In this document: positions 61,310 to 64,000 of the stretch, one piece after another
Layout of the letters: every line of letters starts with the position of its first letter
Position numbering within the stretch: position 1 is the stretch's first letter
Source of the DNA: the human T2T-CHM13v2.0 reference genome, Homo sapiens
Assembly: GCF_009914755.1 (NCBI RefSeq)
Contig: NC_060925.1
Reading direction: 5' to 3' (one strand)
DNA: 64,000 nt
Notes under the pieces: model-generated
The model's database searches: none
What the model was told of the DNA's origin: nothing
The model's input: the letters and a program-made list of their open reading frames with translations, nothing else
Translations under genes and position numbers: made by a program

Positions 61310-64000
61310 CTCATGCAGATTAGCCATTTCTTTATTTTTCACCTAAAAAAGCCCCCTCCATTAAAAACGTGTAAGAAAGTAATCTCAAGATTAGAATAAG
61401 ATGGCACACACTCATTTACAAAATACACACGTTCCTCATTAATTTATCATTTAATATAAATGCTGACAGAAAGCAGATAAAGACCTTGTAGACATTTTCA
61501 TATATTTACAATCCAAAAGGTGAATCACCTCCTTCTACTTGTTAAAATAAATCATTTTATCTGCAACTCATGGGAGCCTTAAACACTAATTAGGAGCAAC
61601 ATGAGGCTGAGTCAGTTTCCAAGGTAATAAAGGAAATAGCATTTTAACAAAATGGGCATCTTTGATATAAACATGCACACAAATAATACAAAATTGAGAA
61701 AGATGGCCCTAGTACTCTCAAAAATCGGCAACAAGTGGGAACATGTACTTATTTAGACCCAGAGTTCTGCTGCCCTAAACATCTTCCTACTATTTCTTTT
61801 TTTCCACCACACTTGTTTTGAAAGCTGCTTAAAAATCAGAAATATTAAACAGATTAAAAACAAGAGAAAAACGGTCTATTTCAAATAGGGTTCTTTTTCC
61901 TACTCCAAAAGAACTCTCAGGAGATAAGGTCTTCAAATAAGACTTCACGGTTTGCCAGATCCTAAGGAATTATTCACAGCCTGTGAAATTCCAATCCATT
62001 TGTCTTCACCATTCCAACCTATTTGTCTTCACTTCTCTTTTTAAAGTTGGAAACACTTGGAAAAAGTAAAATTTCACAAAATTCAGCAATTAAAAAATCA
62101 GCTGTCACTTTAAGGCTCAATTTTTTTTTTTCCTGAACAGGGGGGTGGAGGCAGGCAAGAAAGAATAGGGAGCTGTGGCAATAAAAAAACAAAAAAATGC
62201 AAGAAAACTTTAAAAAATGGTAAGTCTACCACTGATTTATAAGAGCAGGAGTATAAATTCTATCCAAAAGTGTAAGTGATTTCACTTACAACCTGACTCA
62301 AATCTCATGGGCTCCTTTATTAACCAAGATTATTTTTGTCTTGTTAAATATACCTCTGCAGGGCACAATCACTTACAATCAATACGATTGGTAAATTACA
62401 CAAGCTCTATCCCAAGCAAATATGCACCAATGTTAAAAAGTTATTTTTTTAAAAAAAAACAAAATAAAACAAAATAAAATCCACCCAAAAAGGTGATAAT
62501 GACTGCAGAATGTCTCGGGGAGACTGATATGAGCCTAAAGACCAAATTACCATAGTCAGAGAAAAAGGGCAGAAGGGGTAACAAGGGGAAGACACCACAA
62601 ACACGAAGAGGAATCTCAAAACTGGAAAATGTTTAAGTGGGTGAAAGGTTTTGTTCATTACCTTAATTCACTTTTTCCATTGTTCTTGTACCAAAAAGTC
62701 ATAGATTAATCATAAAGAAAGATAATGAGACCTGTGGACTAATTAATTTTTTTAAAAAAGTTCCTTTTATTCCCAGGAAGCAGGGAAGAGGAAAAAGGAT
62801 GAACAGGGGAGAAGTGTGAAAATTTAGGCCAACGATCCATCTGGAAAAAATAACTCTCAAGACAGTGTCTTAGTTGAATAGAGGATGTAAAAACGATAAG
62901 CAAAAGCTAAATGCCTTTAAGTCAGAGAATTATTTTATGGGGTAGTTCAGATATTATAAGAATGACAGCCAATCAATGGAGAAAGATTACACAAATAAAT
63001 GGTGATTAAAAAAAGGCAAATAATAATAATAATAATAATAGAGCAACCAATTATTCACCCAATAGTTTGTTTCCAATCTTTTTCTTGACTCTTTCATACA
63101 CTCACTGGGGTGGGGGACCACCTGACAGTTTCCAGTTATAAGATGACTCTGAGTGTACAACCTAAAATGGATGCCAAAGACTTGTGAGCTCTGTCTGCTT
63201 AGAGTTAGAACAGAAACAAAAACAAATCTGAAACAGTAAGACCTCAATACAAGAAAACAAGTCACCTTATCTAGTATAAAATAAACATTAGGATAACAAA
63301 CTCCACAGGATTTTATTTTTCTAAATACACATTTTTGGACACGATATTATGTTGAGGTTTAAGTTCTTCCCCCTTATTGTGCCTTATTTTCTTGTGAAAA
63401 TAAAGTTCGTTCTCTAGGGATGTTTCAGGGATAAAGTTTAGGAGAAATTCAGTGTTTGGCTGAAAATCCAGAGGCTCTGAAAACAAGGATTCCAGTGGTG
63501 AGGTAAGTCCCTTTATTACAATAAGATTTCAAAGGGCTCTTTACCCACTTTGTTCAGTGCAGTATTGAAAACATACCTATTAGGAATAGATTTATTATTA
63601 AAAGGTGTTACTTATTCCTGGTGGTGATAGTCTTACTCTTTATTAACACTATAGCTAGTATTACTTATCAATTATAATCTATTACTTGTGGAAAGATCTT
63701 TAGTGAACACAGAAATAAAATCTTAAAAATTCAAATCTTAAGATTTACTTGCTACAATTAATAGTACCTTTTGACAAAAACAGCTTTCTTCTTGAAGTGG
63801 CTCAGAAAAGCTAAATTGAGAAAATGTTTAATAGTAACTATAATCAACCTACAACTCCCAATAAGTCATTTCAGCAGGAAAATTTCATAAACCTGAGCTG
63901 AAGCAACAAATAAATATAAAAATCATAGCTGTCCAAGGTAGAAAGGTATGAATGTGGATCAGCAAAATGGGCACTCAGGTAAAATGATGACAGTAGTAGA
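61310..64000 (-). other. RC3H1: Distal 3'UTR of RC3H1 (Roquin-1)
   Basis: Repeat-free, U-rich on the - strand. AATAAA (61331-61336) and ATTAAA (61450-61455, with downstream GU-rich gtgtgtattttgt). The identity comes from recalled gene order; no coding sequence is in the window. Confidence 0.7.

Overview
Human genomic DNA that I recognise as chr1q25.1. It holds three genes. (1) The coding exons of ZBTB37 (BTB/POZ plus 3 C2H2 zinc fingers, + strand, 503 aa), followed by an inferred ~17.4 kb 3'UTR. (2) The complete 7-exon antithrombin gene SERPINC1 (- strand, 464 aa), ending tail-to-tail with ZBTB37. (3) Probably the distal 3'UTR of RC3H1/Roquin-1 (- strand) at the right end. The rest is dense in Alu, L1, L2, MIR, DNA-transposon and LTR remnants, plus a tailless 5S rRNA retropseudogene. 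The haplotype carries the 108-bp SERPINC1 promoter allele and G alleles at c.981 and c.1011. Most listed ORFs are Alu/L1 or antisense artefacts. I found no clearly new gene system. The best leads are the splice and translation logic that yields zinc-finger-less ZBTB37, template-switch hairpin scars, closely spaced inverted Alus, and a Ricksha-like DNA transposon carrying retroviral cargo. Repeat family names come from recalled consensus sequences, not from a search, and repeat boundaries are approximate.
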